A stretch of DNA of 64,000 nucleotides from NCBI GenBank assembly GCA_950097015.1, contig CATNEN010000001.1, positions 10,044,001 through 10,108,000 on the forward strand. The letters are read 5' to 3'. The stretch's first letter is position 1, and each line of letters opens with the position of its first letter. Made by a program: the position numbers and the translations under genes. Below are positions 34,099 to 46,710 of this stretch, piece after piece. Below the pieces are notes generated by a model that worked only from the letters and a program-made list of their open reading frames with translations, was not told the DNA's origin and did no database searches. Origin of the DNA: Macrostomum hystrix (lineage: Eukaryota; Animalia; Platyhelminthes).

Positions 34099-35030
34099 AA
34101 ATTATGTGACGATTAAAACACAAAGGACGAAGTCGAAGTCAGTGCGGCGGCAATTGTAAGTTCGGCAATTCAGAGTTAGTAATGTCTGCGATGTAGCGGT
34201 AGCACTTTTATTCTGGGTGCACTGGGACGTCGACAAGCAGGGCGTTATGTAAGGCGTAGGAGCTCGTAATGGTGAGTGTTGGACACGAACAGAACCGAAT
34301 GTAGTGGAGTGTAGTGAGAGAATGGCACAGCACGAACACGTAGAAGGGCGAGAGTGAGAAGGTGAGGCGCGAGCGGAACGGAAAGAATGGCTAGACGGAG
34401 GGAAGGAAAGAACGAAAGACAGAAAGAAAGTGAAGCGCGAGCGGGCCTGAAGCCCTTGATTAAGTAAACTAGGCTAACTGAAAAACATAGCGATCGATAC
34501 TTCCGGCCAACCAGAGCTCGCACGCTCATTGGCCGGGGGGGGAAATACATTAAGATACGCGTAGGAAATAGCTAGAATGGCGCGATATGCGTTTATGGTT
34601 ACTGACAGTAGCGCCCTAATAATTTGGCTTAATAATATAAATTAACAGAATTGGATGATATTATACGATGAGTTAAAACGGCCCAAGCTAGTACATAATT
34701 AGGAAATTAAGCATGTAATCAACGCATAGAGTAATATTGCAGGGGTGCCTTCAACAAGTGACAACGTCACAGTATAACTAGCATTTGGGGGGGTGCAGTC
34801 CAAAGGAAAATCATCCTGGACAGGTGCAGATATGGTTCAAGGACAGGGCTCCTTTGGTGAGAAATCTTTGTCCCCTCCGAAAATAGTTTGGTCCTCCTGC
34901 AGAAAGGAGTCAACCCCAGACTCCAACTCCTTGGTTGCACTAGCATAAACAAAAAAGAATGAAAACATTAGCAAAAATTATAACAGTAGTCAACTAGTCC
35001 CAAAAGTAAGTCATCAGTTGTCACAAAAAA

Positions 35031-36263
35031 TTACTTTTTTGTTTCTTTCTTCTTGTCATCACTTTCCTTCTTTCTGTTGGTCATGTCTCGGAACATTTGG
35101 TTTAGAGAGTTCCTTACGAACTTCCAAGAATAGCCAGTTCCAAACCAATGGTCAAGAACAGACCTGATAGCTTGAACTGAATCAACATCCATAGCAATCC
35201 TTTCACTTCTGCCATGTGGCTCAATAATTGTTGTTTCGCAAAGCTGTTCACCAAATTTGCGGAGTACAAACTCACGAGCAAAAAGGTTAGGTGGCAATGG
35301 TAACTGCGACAGGCGGAAGGGTCGGCCATCACAACCAGCAATAACTTGATCTTCTTTGCTCACAACCTGATCATTGAAACCAAACCCTTGCCTGAGCAAT
35401 TCATTTTCTTCTTCCTGTAGCCGGATGATCTTTTTCAATAATCCAGTTTGTACTCGAGCCTCAAGCAAAAGCAAATCTGACACTTTAGGCTCAGGTGCTT
35501 GAAGTTTGGAACCTTGAGCAAGTGGGCTTGCTGCAGCAGTGGCTGGCTCTGTAAAAGTCACAATAGAGCTACTTGGTCTCATACATTGAGCTAGGGCAAC
35601 ATCCTGTGGTTTTCTAGGTGGCGTAGATGAGTACAAAGGTGCACAGGCACCACTCTTAGCATTATCAATAAGGTCACAACTTGCACTCTTAGCTTTCTTA
35701 AGTGGTGGCTCCACAATCACATTGCCATAAGACTTGAACAAATCCACTTCCTTCTGCTTTTCTAAAGACATAGTCTGGCTAGTAATTGTCAAATGAGGCT
35801 TAGAAGTTGTAGACCTGTCATCAGGTGGCACATAGTTCTCATCATTTTTTTCATCATCACCTTCCTCACTATCTCCCAAATAGGTAGCAGAGCTTTGTGC
35901 ATCCAAATCAACACACATTTCACTATCAAGTCTCTCAAAAATTGTCTCAGTGCTATAACCTTCTTCAGCAAGGCGGTCAATAGTTCTTTCAGCAATTTTA
36001 ATTGCAGCATAAGAGCCGAGCTTGACAATAATGGCATCATGGAATTCATTCTTTTCACGAATCTTGATTTGTTGACGCTCCTTAAATTCCATTTTCTCAG
36101 CCTTGTCAAAATAGCTAAGAAAACTAGAATTTATATAAATTGGTCCACTATGAGAATTTGTCTTTGGGAACCAGAGAATGACATGGTCAAAACTTAGAGT
36201 TGCAAACTTGTCAAGCTTGTTTAATGATCTTGGGCGAGATTTAACGTGTCGAGAAGTTTCCAT
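35031..36263 (-). CDS. CACTA accessory protein with a C-terminal BEN-like domain
   Basis: 410-aa open frame inside the TIRs. FAREFVLRKF...MDVDSVQAIR...WKFVRNSLNQMFR fits the BEN helical pattern. Confidence 0.6.
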   Translation of the reverse strand: METSRHVKSRPRSLNKLDKFATLSFDHVILWFPKTNSHSGPIYINSSFLSYFDKAEKMEFKERQQIKIREKNEFHDAIIVKLGSYAAIKIAERTIDRLAEEGYSTETIFERLDSEMCVDLDAQSSATYLGDSEEGDDEKNDENYVPPDDRSTTSKPHLTITSQTMSLEKQKEVDLFKSYGNVIVEPPLKKAKSASCDLIDNAKSGACAPLYSSTPPRKPQDVALAQCMRPSSSIVTFTEPATAAASPLAQGSKLQAPEPKVSDLLLLEARVQTGLLKKIIRLQEEENELLRQGFGFNDQVVSKEDQVIAGCDGRPFRLSQLPLPPNLFAREFVLRKFGEQLCETTIIEPHGRSERIAMDVDSVQAIRSVLDHWFGTGYSWKFVRNSLNQMFRDMTNRKKESDDKKKETKK

Positions 36264-37438
36264 AACTGAAAAGATGAATAAATATTTAAGCTTTTTTACT
36301 ATACCAATGAAATAAAATCAACAAAATGTAGATCAATACTACCATGATACAAGAGCTATATAGCTATCTATTTTTTCAATTGATTAATTAATTTCCCTTA
36401 AATAGCTATACTGGACCTAATGATTATTTAGTCTATACAAAACAATTCAATTTAATTAAAGTTAGGCCTAAGGTACTTGGTAGCATAGGTATACTCATTG
36501 GACTAGGCCTACTAGTCTAGAGAGAGCAATTTATTTTATAGTAAGCAAATACATGCAAATAAAATAAGGAGACAATATAGGCCTATGAATAATACTTATT
36601 AGCTATTAAATAGGATGGAAGTTGAAAATCTAGAATATAAAACAGGATAACCAAAAGAAAAAACTGGCATTTAAAAGTTCCAAAAGAGCAAACTAGTACC
36701 CAAAATTGATTGTCACTATTAAAGGATTAAGAGTGTTTCAATTTTGATTTGACTTAGAGGCAATATAGATTAATATAGCTACAGATTTTGAACAGCCCCT
36801 GAATGGACTGAATAAATGAATAACCTGAATCACACAACAAATATTAGGTTCATAATGTAATCATTAGAATGGCATAGCCTTGCCTTTGGCGACATTTGCT
36901 TTATGCATTGTGAATGTTAAAAATTAAATTCAGTGCGAAAAGAAAAAAACTTCAGAATGAGACTGAATATAAAGTTAAAAGAACAAATGGTTCTGTTCGT
37001 ACAGATGTAGAAACTTTAAAGAAAAAGCGCAGTGGGAGCCCTCGTCGCTGTTGTCCACATTCGCCTCAAAGAAAATTATACCCGGCAAGCCGTTTACTTA
37101 TTGGTTAGATTATTATTTTAATGCGAAGTAAAACAACAACATAATACATTATCAGAACCTATAAAATTAAAGATTTTTTCATTGAAAAGGTATTGTGTAT
37201 GGTCGTAGAAGTATTTGAATACATAAAACATAGAAAACTTTTTACAGCCATGTTCTTATAATCGGATTGCAATTTTCGCAAGTCCCCAATTTTAAGTTGA
37301 CTACTTATCAGTAGAATAAGACGGTTCTTAGGCACTTATCTAGATTGCAAGCTGATTGCACGAGCGAATTGCAATTTTTACAATTTTCCCAATTAAATTA
37401 CAATCAGAATAATTAATGGGCAATCCGGTCGTCTAGGG

Positions 37439-37614
37439 CACGCCTGAGAATTTCGCAGTAGCCCGTAGGTGGCCAGCCAGCGAATCGTTTTCTGGCTGTT
37501 AGACGTCAGTAGCACAAGCTCGCGTAGCGTGACGTCAATGTCACACGGCTTGGCTGCTGGCCTTTGATTGGCCTCGGGCACAATCGTAGTGGGCGCAGAG
37601 GGCCTTGCAGCCAT
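37439..37614 (-). pseudogene. N-terminal part of the Merlin transposase
   Basis: IRWLATYGLLRNSQAC joins in frame to ERCPEAPAM once the CACTA insertion is removed. Confidence 0.85.
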
Positions 37615-37659
37615 CAGTTAATTGGCTGAAATGAGAAAGAAAAGTGGAAAGTAATTAAT

Positions 37660-37835
37660 CGTAGTAAAGTAAAATATTGCGAAAAGCTAGCTCTAAAGGC
37701 ACACTTCCCTTGAATTCATCCTTCCAGGCCAGCAGCCTACCCTTGTTGACTGTAGAGTATAACGGATGCGATGGCGGATAGTTGCTAGTGTCCAAGAGAC
37801 CTTGTTCAGCCAAGTCTTTAAATAGCGTCTCGTGT
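37660..37835 (-). pseudogene. Protein-primed PolB (Polinton/Maverick/adintovirus-type) C-terminal fragment
   Basis: LDTSNYPPSHPLYSTVNKGRLLAWKDE matches the DTSxY...KDE region of these polymerases. Confidence 0.75.
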
Positions 37836-38044
37836 CTCATTACTTCGCTGCATTACGCGCAGCGAAGTCCTCACAGTCTTCACAGTCTAAAAACGAATAG
37901 GGATAGACACCCTTTTGACAAAGAGTTGAAAACTTCAACCTCAGATGCACACTAGCAAGTTTTGCCCCCCTTCGGGGAGCAGAAATACTTTTAATTCGTC
38001 TAGTATATACTTTTTAGCAGCTGAATTTACAGCTTTTTAAAGCT

Positions 38045-39860
38045 ACAATGAACCCCCAGTTGACAATGATCCCCCAGTTGACAATGAACCCCCAGTTGAC
38101 AATGAACCCCCAGTTGACAACGATCCCACAGTTGACAATGATCCCCCATTTGACAATGATCCCCCAGTTGACAATGATCCCACAGTTAACAATGATCCCC
38201 CAGTTGACAAAGATCCCCCAGTTCACAATGATCACCCAGTTGATGATGATCCCCCAGTTGATGATGATCCCCCAGTTGACAATGAACCCCCAGTTGACAA
38301 TGAACCCCCAGTTGACAACGATCCCACAGTTGACAATGATCCCCCATTTGACAATGATCCCCCAGTTGACAATGATCCCACAGTTGACAATGATCCCCCA
38401 GTTGACAAAGATCCCCCAGTTCACAATGATCACCCAGTTGATGATGATCCCCCAGTTGATGATGATCCCCCAGTTGAAAATGATCCCCCAGTTGACAATG
38501 ATCCCCCAGTTGACAATGATCCCCCAGTTGACAATGATCCCCCAGTTAACAAAGATCCCCCAGTTCACAATGATCCCCCAGTTGATGAAGTCTCCCCATT
38601 GATGATGATCCCCAGTTAACAATGTTCCTCCATTTGACAATGTTCCCCCAGTTGACAATGATCCCCCAGTTGATGATGATCACCCAGTTGACAATGATCC
38701 CCCAGTTGAAAATGATCCCCCAGTTGACAATGATCACCCATTTGACAATGATCCCCCAGTTGACAATGATCCCCCAGTTAACAAAGATCCCCCAGTTCAC
38801 AATGATCCCCCAGTTGATGAAGTCTCCCCATTGATGATGATCCCCAGTTAACAATGTTCCTCCATTTGACAATGTTCCCCCAGTTAACAATGATCCCCCA
38901 GTTGATGATGATCACCCAGTTGACAATGATCCCCCAGTTGACAATGATCCCCCAGTTGACAATGATCCCCCAGTTGACAATGATCCCCCAGTTAATGATG
39001 ATCCCCCAGTTGAAAATGATCCCCCAGTTGACAATGATCCCCCAGTTGAGAATGATCCCCCAGTTGACAATGATCCCCCAGTTAACAAAGATCCCCCAGT
39101 TCACAATGATCCCCCAGTTGATGAAGTCTCCCCATTGATGATGATCCCTAGTTAACAATGTTCCTCCAGTTGACAATGTTCCCCCAGTTGACAATGATCC
39201 CCCAGTTGATGATGATCCCCCAGTTGACAATGATCCCCCAGTTGACAATGATCCCCCAGTTGACAATGATCCCCCAGTTGACAATGATCCCGCCGGTTGA
39301 CAATGATCCCACAGTTGACAATGAACCCCCAGTTGACAATGATCCCCCAGTTGATGATGATCCCCCAGTTGACAATGATCCCCCAGTTGACAATGATCCC
39401 CCAGTTGACAATGAACCCCCAGTTGACAACGATCCCCCAGTTGACAATGATCCCCCAGTTGACAATGATCCCCCAGTTGACAATGATCCCACAGTATACA
39501 ATGATCCCCCAGTTCTCAATGATCCCCCAGTTGATGATGATCCCCAGTTGATGATGATTCCCCAGTTGACAATTATCCCCCAGTTGACCATTACCCCCCA
39601 CTTGACAATGATCTCTCAGTTCACAATGATCCCCCAGTTGACAATGAACCCCCAGTTGACAATGAACCCCCAGTTGACAAAGATCCCCCAGTTGACAATG
39701 ATCCCCCATTTGACAATGATCCCCCAGTTGACAATGATCCCCCAGTTGACAATGATCCCCCGGTTGACATTGATCCCCCAGTCGACAATTATCCCCCAGT
39801 TTACCATGATCCCCCAGTTCACCATGATCCCCATTTTGATGATGACTCCCCAGTTGACGT
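38045..39860. repeat. 18-bp satellite (AATGATCCCCCAGTTGAC)n
   Basis: About 100 tandem units with recurring variant blocks. Confidence 0.97.
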
Positions 39861-39879
39861 TGATTTTTCAAACAGGTTA

Positions 39880-42800
39880 GCCAAGATTCAAACTCAGGTT
39901 TCGCCATGTTTTAAACCCTGGTGGGCTATGATTCAAACTCTCGTTTTGCCATGATTCAGACTCTGGTTGGCTATGATTCAAACTCTGGTTTAGCCATGAT
40001 TCAGACGCTGGTTTAGCCATGATTCAGACGCTGGTTTAGCCATGATTGAAACTCTGGTTTAGCCATGATTCAAACTCTGGTTTAGCCATGATTCAGACGC
40101 TGGTTTAGCCATGATTCAGACTCTAGTTTAGCCATGATTCAGACTCTGGTTTAGCCATGATTCAGACTCTATTTTAGCCATGATTCAGACTATGGTTTAG
40201 CCATGATTCAGACTCCAGTTTTGCCATGATTCAGACTCTGGTTTAGCCATGATTCAGACTCTGGTTTAGCCATGATTCAGACTCTGGTTAAGCCATGATT
40301 CAGACTCTGGTTTAGCCATGATTCAGACGCTGGTTTAGCCATGATTCAGACTCTAGTTTAGCCATGATTCAGACTCTGGTTTAGCCATGATTCAGACTCT
40401 AGTTTAGCCATGATTCAGACTCTGGTTTAGCCATGATTCAGACTCTATTTTAGCCATGATTCAGACTATGGTTTAGCCATGATTCAGACTCCAGTTTTGC
40501 CATGATTCAGACTCTGGTTTAGCCATGATTCAGACTCTGGTTTAGCCATGATTCAGACTCTGGTTAAGCCATGATTCAGACGCTGGTTTAGCCATGATTT
40601 AAATTCTGGTTAAGCCATGATTCAGACTCTGGTTTAGCCATGATTCAAACTCTGGTTAAGCCATGATTCAAACTCTGGTTTAGCCATGATTCAAACTCTG
40701 GTTTAGCCATGATTCAGACGCTGGTTTAGCCATGATTCAGACTCTGGTTTAGCCATGATTCAAACTCTGGTTTAGCCATGATTCAAACTCTGGTTTAGCC
40801 ATGATTCAGACGCTGGTTTAGCCATGATTCAGACTCTAGTTTAGCCATGATTCAGACTCTAGTTTAGCCATGATTCAGACTCTGGTTTAGCCATGATTCA
40901 GACTCTAGTTTAGCCATGATTCAGACTATGGTTTAGCCATGATTCAGACTCCAGTTTTGCCATGATTCAGACTCTGGTTTAGCCATGATTCAGACTCTGG
41001 TTTAGCCATGATTCAGACTCTGGTTAAGCCATGATTCAGACTCTGGTTTAGCCATGATTCAGACGCTGGTTTAGCCATGATTCAGACTCTAGTTTAGCCA
41101 TGATTCAGACTCTGGTTTAGCCATGATTCAGACTCTAGTTTAGCCATGATTCAGACTCTGGTTTAGCCATGATTCAGACTCTATTTTAGCCATGATTCAG
41201 ACTATGGTTTAGCCATGATTCAGACTCCAGTTTTGCCATGATTCAGACTCTGGTTTAGCCATGATTCAGACTCTGGTTTAGCCATGATTCAGACTCTGGT
41301 TAAGCCATGATTCAGACTCTGGTTTAGCCATGATTTAAATTCTGGTTAAGCCATGATTCAGACTCTGGTTTAGCCATGATTCAAACTCTGGTTAAGCCAT
41401 GATTCAAACTCTGGTTTAGCCATGATTCAAACTCTGCTTTAGCCATGATTCAGACGCTGGTTTAGCCATGATTCAGACTCTGGTTAAGCCATGATTCAAA
41501 CTCTGGTTTAGCCATGATTCAAATCTGGTTTAGCCATGATTCAGACGCTGGTTTAGCCATGATTCAGACTCTGGTTTAGCCATGATTCAGACTCTGGTTT
41601 AGCCATGATTCAGACTCTGGTTTAGCCATGATTCAAACTCTGGTTAAGCCATGATTCAGACTCTGGTTTAGCCATGATTCAGACTCTATTTTAGCCATGA
41701 TTCAGACTATGGTTTAGCCATGATTCAGACTCCAGTTTTGCCATGATTCAGACTCTGGTTTAGCCATGATTCAGACTCTGGTTTAGCCATGATTCAGACT
41801 CTGGTTGGCTATGATTCAAACTCTGGTTTAGCCATGATTCAGACGCTGGTTTAGCCATGATTCAGACGCTGGTTTAGCCATGATTGAAACTCTGGTTTAG
41901 CCATGATTCAAACTCTGGTTTAGCCATGATTCAGACGCTGGTTTAGCCATGATTCAGACTCTAGTTTAGCCATGATTCAGACTCTGGTTTAGCCATGATT
42001 CAGACTCTATTTTAGCCATGATTCAGACTATGGTTTAGCCATGATTCAGACTCCAGTTTTGCCATGATTCAGACTCTGGTTTAGCCATGATTCAGACTCT
42101 GGTTTAGCCATGATTCAGACTCTGGTTAAGCCATGATTCAGACTCTGGTTTAGCCATGATTCAGACGCTGGTTTAGCCATGATTCAGACTCTAGTTTAGC
42201 CATGATTCAGACTCTGGTTTAGCCATGATTCAGACTCTAGTTTAGCCATGATTCAGACTCTGGTTTAGCCATGATTCAGACTCTATTTTAGCCATGATTC
42301 AGACTATGGTTTAGCCATGATTCAGACTCCAGTTTTGCCATGATTCAGACTCTGGTTTAGCCATGATTCAGACTCTGGTTTAGCCATGATTCAGACTCTG
42401 GTTAAGCCATGATTCAGACGCTGGTTTAGCCATGATTTAAATTCTGGTTAAGCCATGATTCAGACTCTGGTTTAGCCATGATTCAAACTCTGGTTAAGCC
42501 ATGATTCAAACTCTGGTTTAGCCATGATTCAAACTCTGGTTTAGCCATGATTCAGACGCTGGTTTAGCCATGATTCAGACTCTGGTTTAGCCATGATTCA
42601 AACTCTGGTTTAGCCATGATTCAAACTCTGGTTTAGCCATGATTCAGACGCTGGTTTAGCCATGATTCAGACTCTAGTTTAGCCATGATTCAGACTCTAG
42701 TTTAGCCATGATTCAGACTCTGGTTTAGCCATGATTCAGACTCTAGTTTAGCCATGATTCAGACTATGGTTTAGCCATGATTCAGACTCCAGTTTTGCCA

Positions 42801-43838
42801 TGATTCAGACTCTGGTTTAGCCATGATTCAGACTCTGGTTTAGCCATGATTCAGACTCTGGTTAAGCCATGATTCAGACTCTGGTTTAGCCATGATTCAG
42901 ACGCTGGTTTAGCCATGATTCAGACTCTAGTTTAGCCATGATTCAGACTCTGGTTTAGCCATGATTCAGACTCTAGTTTAGCCATGATTCAGACTCTGGT
43001 TTAGCCATGATTCAGACTCTATTTTAGCCATGATTCAGACTATGGTTTAGCCATGATTCAGACTCCAGTTTTGCCATGATTCAGACTCTGGTTTAGCCAT
43101 GATTCAGACTCTGGTTTAGCCATGATTCAGACTCTGGTTAAGCCATGATTCAGACTCTGGTTTAGCCATGATTTAAATTCTGGTTAAGCCATGATTCAGA
43201 CTCTGGTTTAGCCATGATTCAAACTCTGGTTAAGCCATGATTCAAACTCTGGTTTAGCCATGATTCAAACTCTGCTTTAGCCATGATTCAGACGCTGGTT
43301 TAGCCATGATTCAGACTCTGGTTAAGCCATGATTCAAACTCTGGTTTAGCCATGATTCAAATCTGGTTTAGCCATGATTCAGACGCTGGTTTAGCCATGA
43401 TTCAGACTCTGGTTTAGCCATGATTCAGACTCTGGTTTAGCCATGATTCAGACTCTGGTTTAGCCATGATTCAAACTCTGGTTAAGCCATGATTCAGACT
43501 CTGGTTTAGCCATGATTCAGACTCTATTTTAGCCATGATTCAGACTATGGTTTAGCCATGATTCAGACTCCAGTTTTGCCATGATTCAGACTCTGGTTTA
43601 GCCATGATTCAGACTCTGGTTTAGCCATGATTCAGACTCTGGTTAAGCCATGATTCAGACTCTGGTTTAGCCATGATTTAAATTCTGGTTTAGCCATGAT
43701 TCAGACTCTGGTTTAGCCATGATTCAAACTCTGGTTAAGCCATGGTTCAAACTCTGGTTTAGCCATGATTCAGACGCTGGTTTAGCCATGATTCAAGCTC
43801 TATTTTTGCCATGATTCAAATTCAGGTTTGCTATGATT
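39880..43838. repeat. 23-bp satellite (CCATGATTCAGACTCTGGTTTAG)n with higher-order structure
   Basis: About 170 tandem units. Rare variants recur at a 1838-bp offset. Confidence 0.97.
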
Positions 43839-45015
43839 TATGATATTTTATTTACGAAATGAAAAAAATAAATTAAAATAGTCTTCAATCACTACTGGCT
43901 GAAAATTAGTCTAAATGATTTGACGCAGTGCAGAATCGAACCCTAGCCTAGCCTAACCTATTCCCAGTGCCTACACATCGGCTATTCCGACTGTTGGTTA
44001 GTGGGTGCAAAAATCAGCCTTATAAAATGAATTCTCAAAGTTCTGGCTTTGTACAATGAAGTAAGAAAATAGAGTACACTCAGTCTCGCGGTTGGTTGTG
44101 TACATTTATTTCCAATTTGTCTCCAGAGTGCAGGCTTCAAATTCAATCAGCTAGGGGTTGTTGCGCAATTTGACGATGCAATTCTAATTCAGTGGCAGTG
44201 AGTAAAATTCTCAATAAGCCAAGATGTTTGACCTTTGAAAAATCATGTTTTTCGAGTATTTAATCCCTTTAGCAATAAAGTTAAGCTTAAAAAAAATGGG
44301 TGTATAATTGTCCCCATATTTAGCATCTTTTGGTGAAGAAATGGTGAAAATCGGTTGAGCCGTTCAGGAGAAAATCAATTACAACCAACCAACCAACCAA
44401 GCAAGCATTTCATTTTTAGTATAGTTGATTTATTAGCTCTCGTGTGTGTACCAGCTGTTCTGGAAGAAGGCGATCTGCCACCCTAGTCGACAATGACTTT
44501 AGCCATCTTGCCATATCTGACTTACAGAATCGTGCACTTTTTGCAAAGAAAGTATAAGATCTGACTAGTTTTCTTGACCGATCTGGCAAGATCTTGCAAG
44601 AAAAGTTGTCAGATCTGGCAAGATCGTTTAAGAATACAATAAGATCTGTTGTGATTTTTGCAAGAATTTATAGTGACGGATCCCGTTTTTCATGCACTTT
44701 GAATTATTTAAATTATTGGGAAGAACGTTCAAATGAAGAAAGCTAGTCATTTTTTCAAGAGACGATAAGTGCTTAAAACCTTATTGGTTTTCATACGGAT
44801 CCTTAATTCGATATAATCCTTAATTCTTAATCCATAATCCTTTAATTCTTGCCTTAGGAATAGGCAACGTGAGTAGGCAACGTGAATGCTACATGAATTG
44901 GCAAAGCAACGTTAATGACGTGTTTCTACAGGTTGTAGTGTCGGCATGTTTATTTTATAATGCGTATATTTCTACTTGAAGTAACATTTTCGCGCACTCA
45001 ACATTAATGAATTAT

Positions 45016-45790
45016 TGTAACAGGGTTGTTTTTGTACATGCGCGCCAGCCAGGCCTACGATCGGCCGGTCACCCTGCTCTACAGCCAAGGCGTTGGACTA
45101 ACCCCGGTCTGGTGGGCCCAGCCAATAGGAGGACGGCTAGCCAATTTGATGCGACCGACTTAAGCGCGATACCCCGGGCCTGGCCAATCAGCAGTCAGTT
45201 CGCTAACCGGCAGGGTCGACCTGGCAGGAGAACAAGCGGCGCGGCCGGCACCCAGGCTTTGATGAGGGTTGGCGCGGGCGCTTGACTATATAACTGACTA
45301 TTCGTTGTCATTTTGATTCATCGTCGTGTGTCTTATCGTGTGTATCATCATCGTGTTTCTTTTCGCGTGCATTTTCGTGCGTCTTCGTTGCAATCGTTGT
45401 AACGCATCCTAGTAATAGATACCGGGACAGGTAAGCCGGTCCAACTAGTTAGCCAAAGAAAACCCCACACTCAACCCCACGTCAGTAAGTAGCTTGCGCT
45501 GAGCTCGGTACCTCTGGCCAACTGCTGACGGAGTGTTAGATAGGGATTGGCAAGCACGGAAGTACTCTCCATATCGCCGACCATCATCGGTGGGACGCCG
45601 TCAAATTGACATTAGGTGTGGCACGATAGAACTATCGTTGTGCCATAGTGCGGAAGTGCTTGCTGGTCGCCTCGGTTCAGACTAAGGACTTTGGGTTAGG
45701 TTGTATTATTTGTCTTGTTTTGTCATAGGGACTATGCTTTTGTATAGGTGTTAATTGTCGCGTTATTTTCGTGAGTTCTTGTTTGTGTCC
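45016..45790 (+). mobile_element. Possible truncated LTR or LTR-leader fragment abutting the hAT remnant
   Basis: Starts TGTAACA; GC-rich CCAAT-box region then TATAA. No second LTR or TSD found. Confidence 0.35.
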
Positions 45791-45794
45791 AGAG

Positions 45795-46443
45795 GTCAGC
45801 AGTTGGGATTTGGTACCTTAAGAAGCGTTTCTCTAAAAAGCCACCAAAGCCATAGTGTTCGACCATTGCATAGGGCTCCTGGTCAAGAGCAATGACCATT
45901 GCCAGGTCATTAGTCATCTCAATCGCCTTTGGATCGGAATGCGCCCATTTACTATTGACAGTTACAAAAGGCTGGCACTGTGTTTGCACTATTTCAATAT
46001 TTGCTTTGGGCTTTGTAGAACTTAGACTTGAAGTCAAAGTTGACTGAACCAAACTTTTTGGCTCAGATGATGCAGACTGCAAACGAGCTTTTTAGTAGCA
46101 GGAAACATAGCATCAGCTGCAAGCTCATTTTCTTTGAATTAATCTTTTCTTTTCTTCTCATCATCCTTGGCTCCTAACACCTTCTTATGTTCCTCTTTGT
46201 GTCTTGTCTTCAAATGGGACCACATGCCTCCATTGGATGCATTTGCTTACTTTGTTCCACGACGAACAGTTGTATGACACAATGTGCACTCAGCAACCAA
46301 ATTGTCATTTGCATTTGTAGCATAAAAAAGCTCCACAAAGTACTGGTGGCACGATGAGGCCTAACAATTTTGGCCTTGCAACTATGCTCATGTTGCTCAT
46401 GGCCACCCTCATGCTCACCGTCCTTATTATCTGGCTCACTCAT
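45795..46443 (-). pseudogene. hAT (BED zinc finger) transposase N-terminal fragment, frameshifted
   Basis: STLWSFF...CxxC...MWSHLKTRH; MVIALDQEPYAMVEHYGF...YQIP. The 5' terminus TAGTGTTCCG with CCGTA subterminal repeats is at 47168. Confidence 0.82.
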
Positions 46444-46668
46444 GGCACCACACTGTCACTGCAGCTTGAACTTGAACTCAAGTCAAGTCAATACTCAATA
46501 GGATAGACCAAATCCAAAAGTTAAGAGCTGCTACAGCTGGAATTAAAGAAATAAATGAGGAGTTTAATTTATATAATATATTGGTTACAATTTAATTTAC
46601 ATCAAACATCAAAGTAAAAATAAATTTATTTTTGTGCAGTTAGTTACATTACAATAAAATTAAAATAC

Positions 46669-46670
<2 letters not shown>

Positions 46671-46710
<40 letters not shown>
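46671..46710. repeat. (AAT)n microsatellite
   Basis: 13 perfect units. Confidence 0.95.

Larger units (their letters stand above)
25523..34771 (-). mobile_element. Full-length Ty3/Gypsy LTR retrotransposon; LTRs 25523-26160 and 34105-34771
   Basis: TG...CA LTRs differing by a 28-bp indel and a couple of single bases; GTAT TSD; tRNA-Gln PBS; PPT GGGAGAGGCGAG; gag-PR-RT-RH-IN order. Confidence 0.97.
21854..37438 (-). mobile_element. CACTA/EnSpm (CMC)-type DNA transposon, about 6.3 kb without the nested Gypsy
   Basis: TIR CCCTAGTCGACCG / CGGTCGTCTAGGG, 2-bp CA TSD, subterminal AATTGCAAT-type repeats at both ends. Removing it restores the Merlin reading frame. Confidence 0.88.
37952..44428 (-). 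mobile_element. Non-autonomous Helitron enclosing two satellite arrays
   Basis: Minus strand: A|TC at 44428 next to a (CAAC)n tract; hairpin TGCTCCCC-GAA-GGGGGCA then CTAG|T at 37952; inserted at an AT dinucleotide. Confidence 0.65.

Noticed and set aside
38014-39907. Many overlapping repetitive ORFs (NWGIIV, MIPQLT)
   Set aside because: The 18-bp unit is a multiple of 3 and is open in several frames on both strands, with frame breaks. There is no evidence of coding.
39880-43838. CRISPR or telomere interpretation of the 23-bp array
   Set aside because: No unique spacers; it is an internal head-to-tail satellite.
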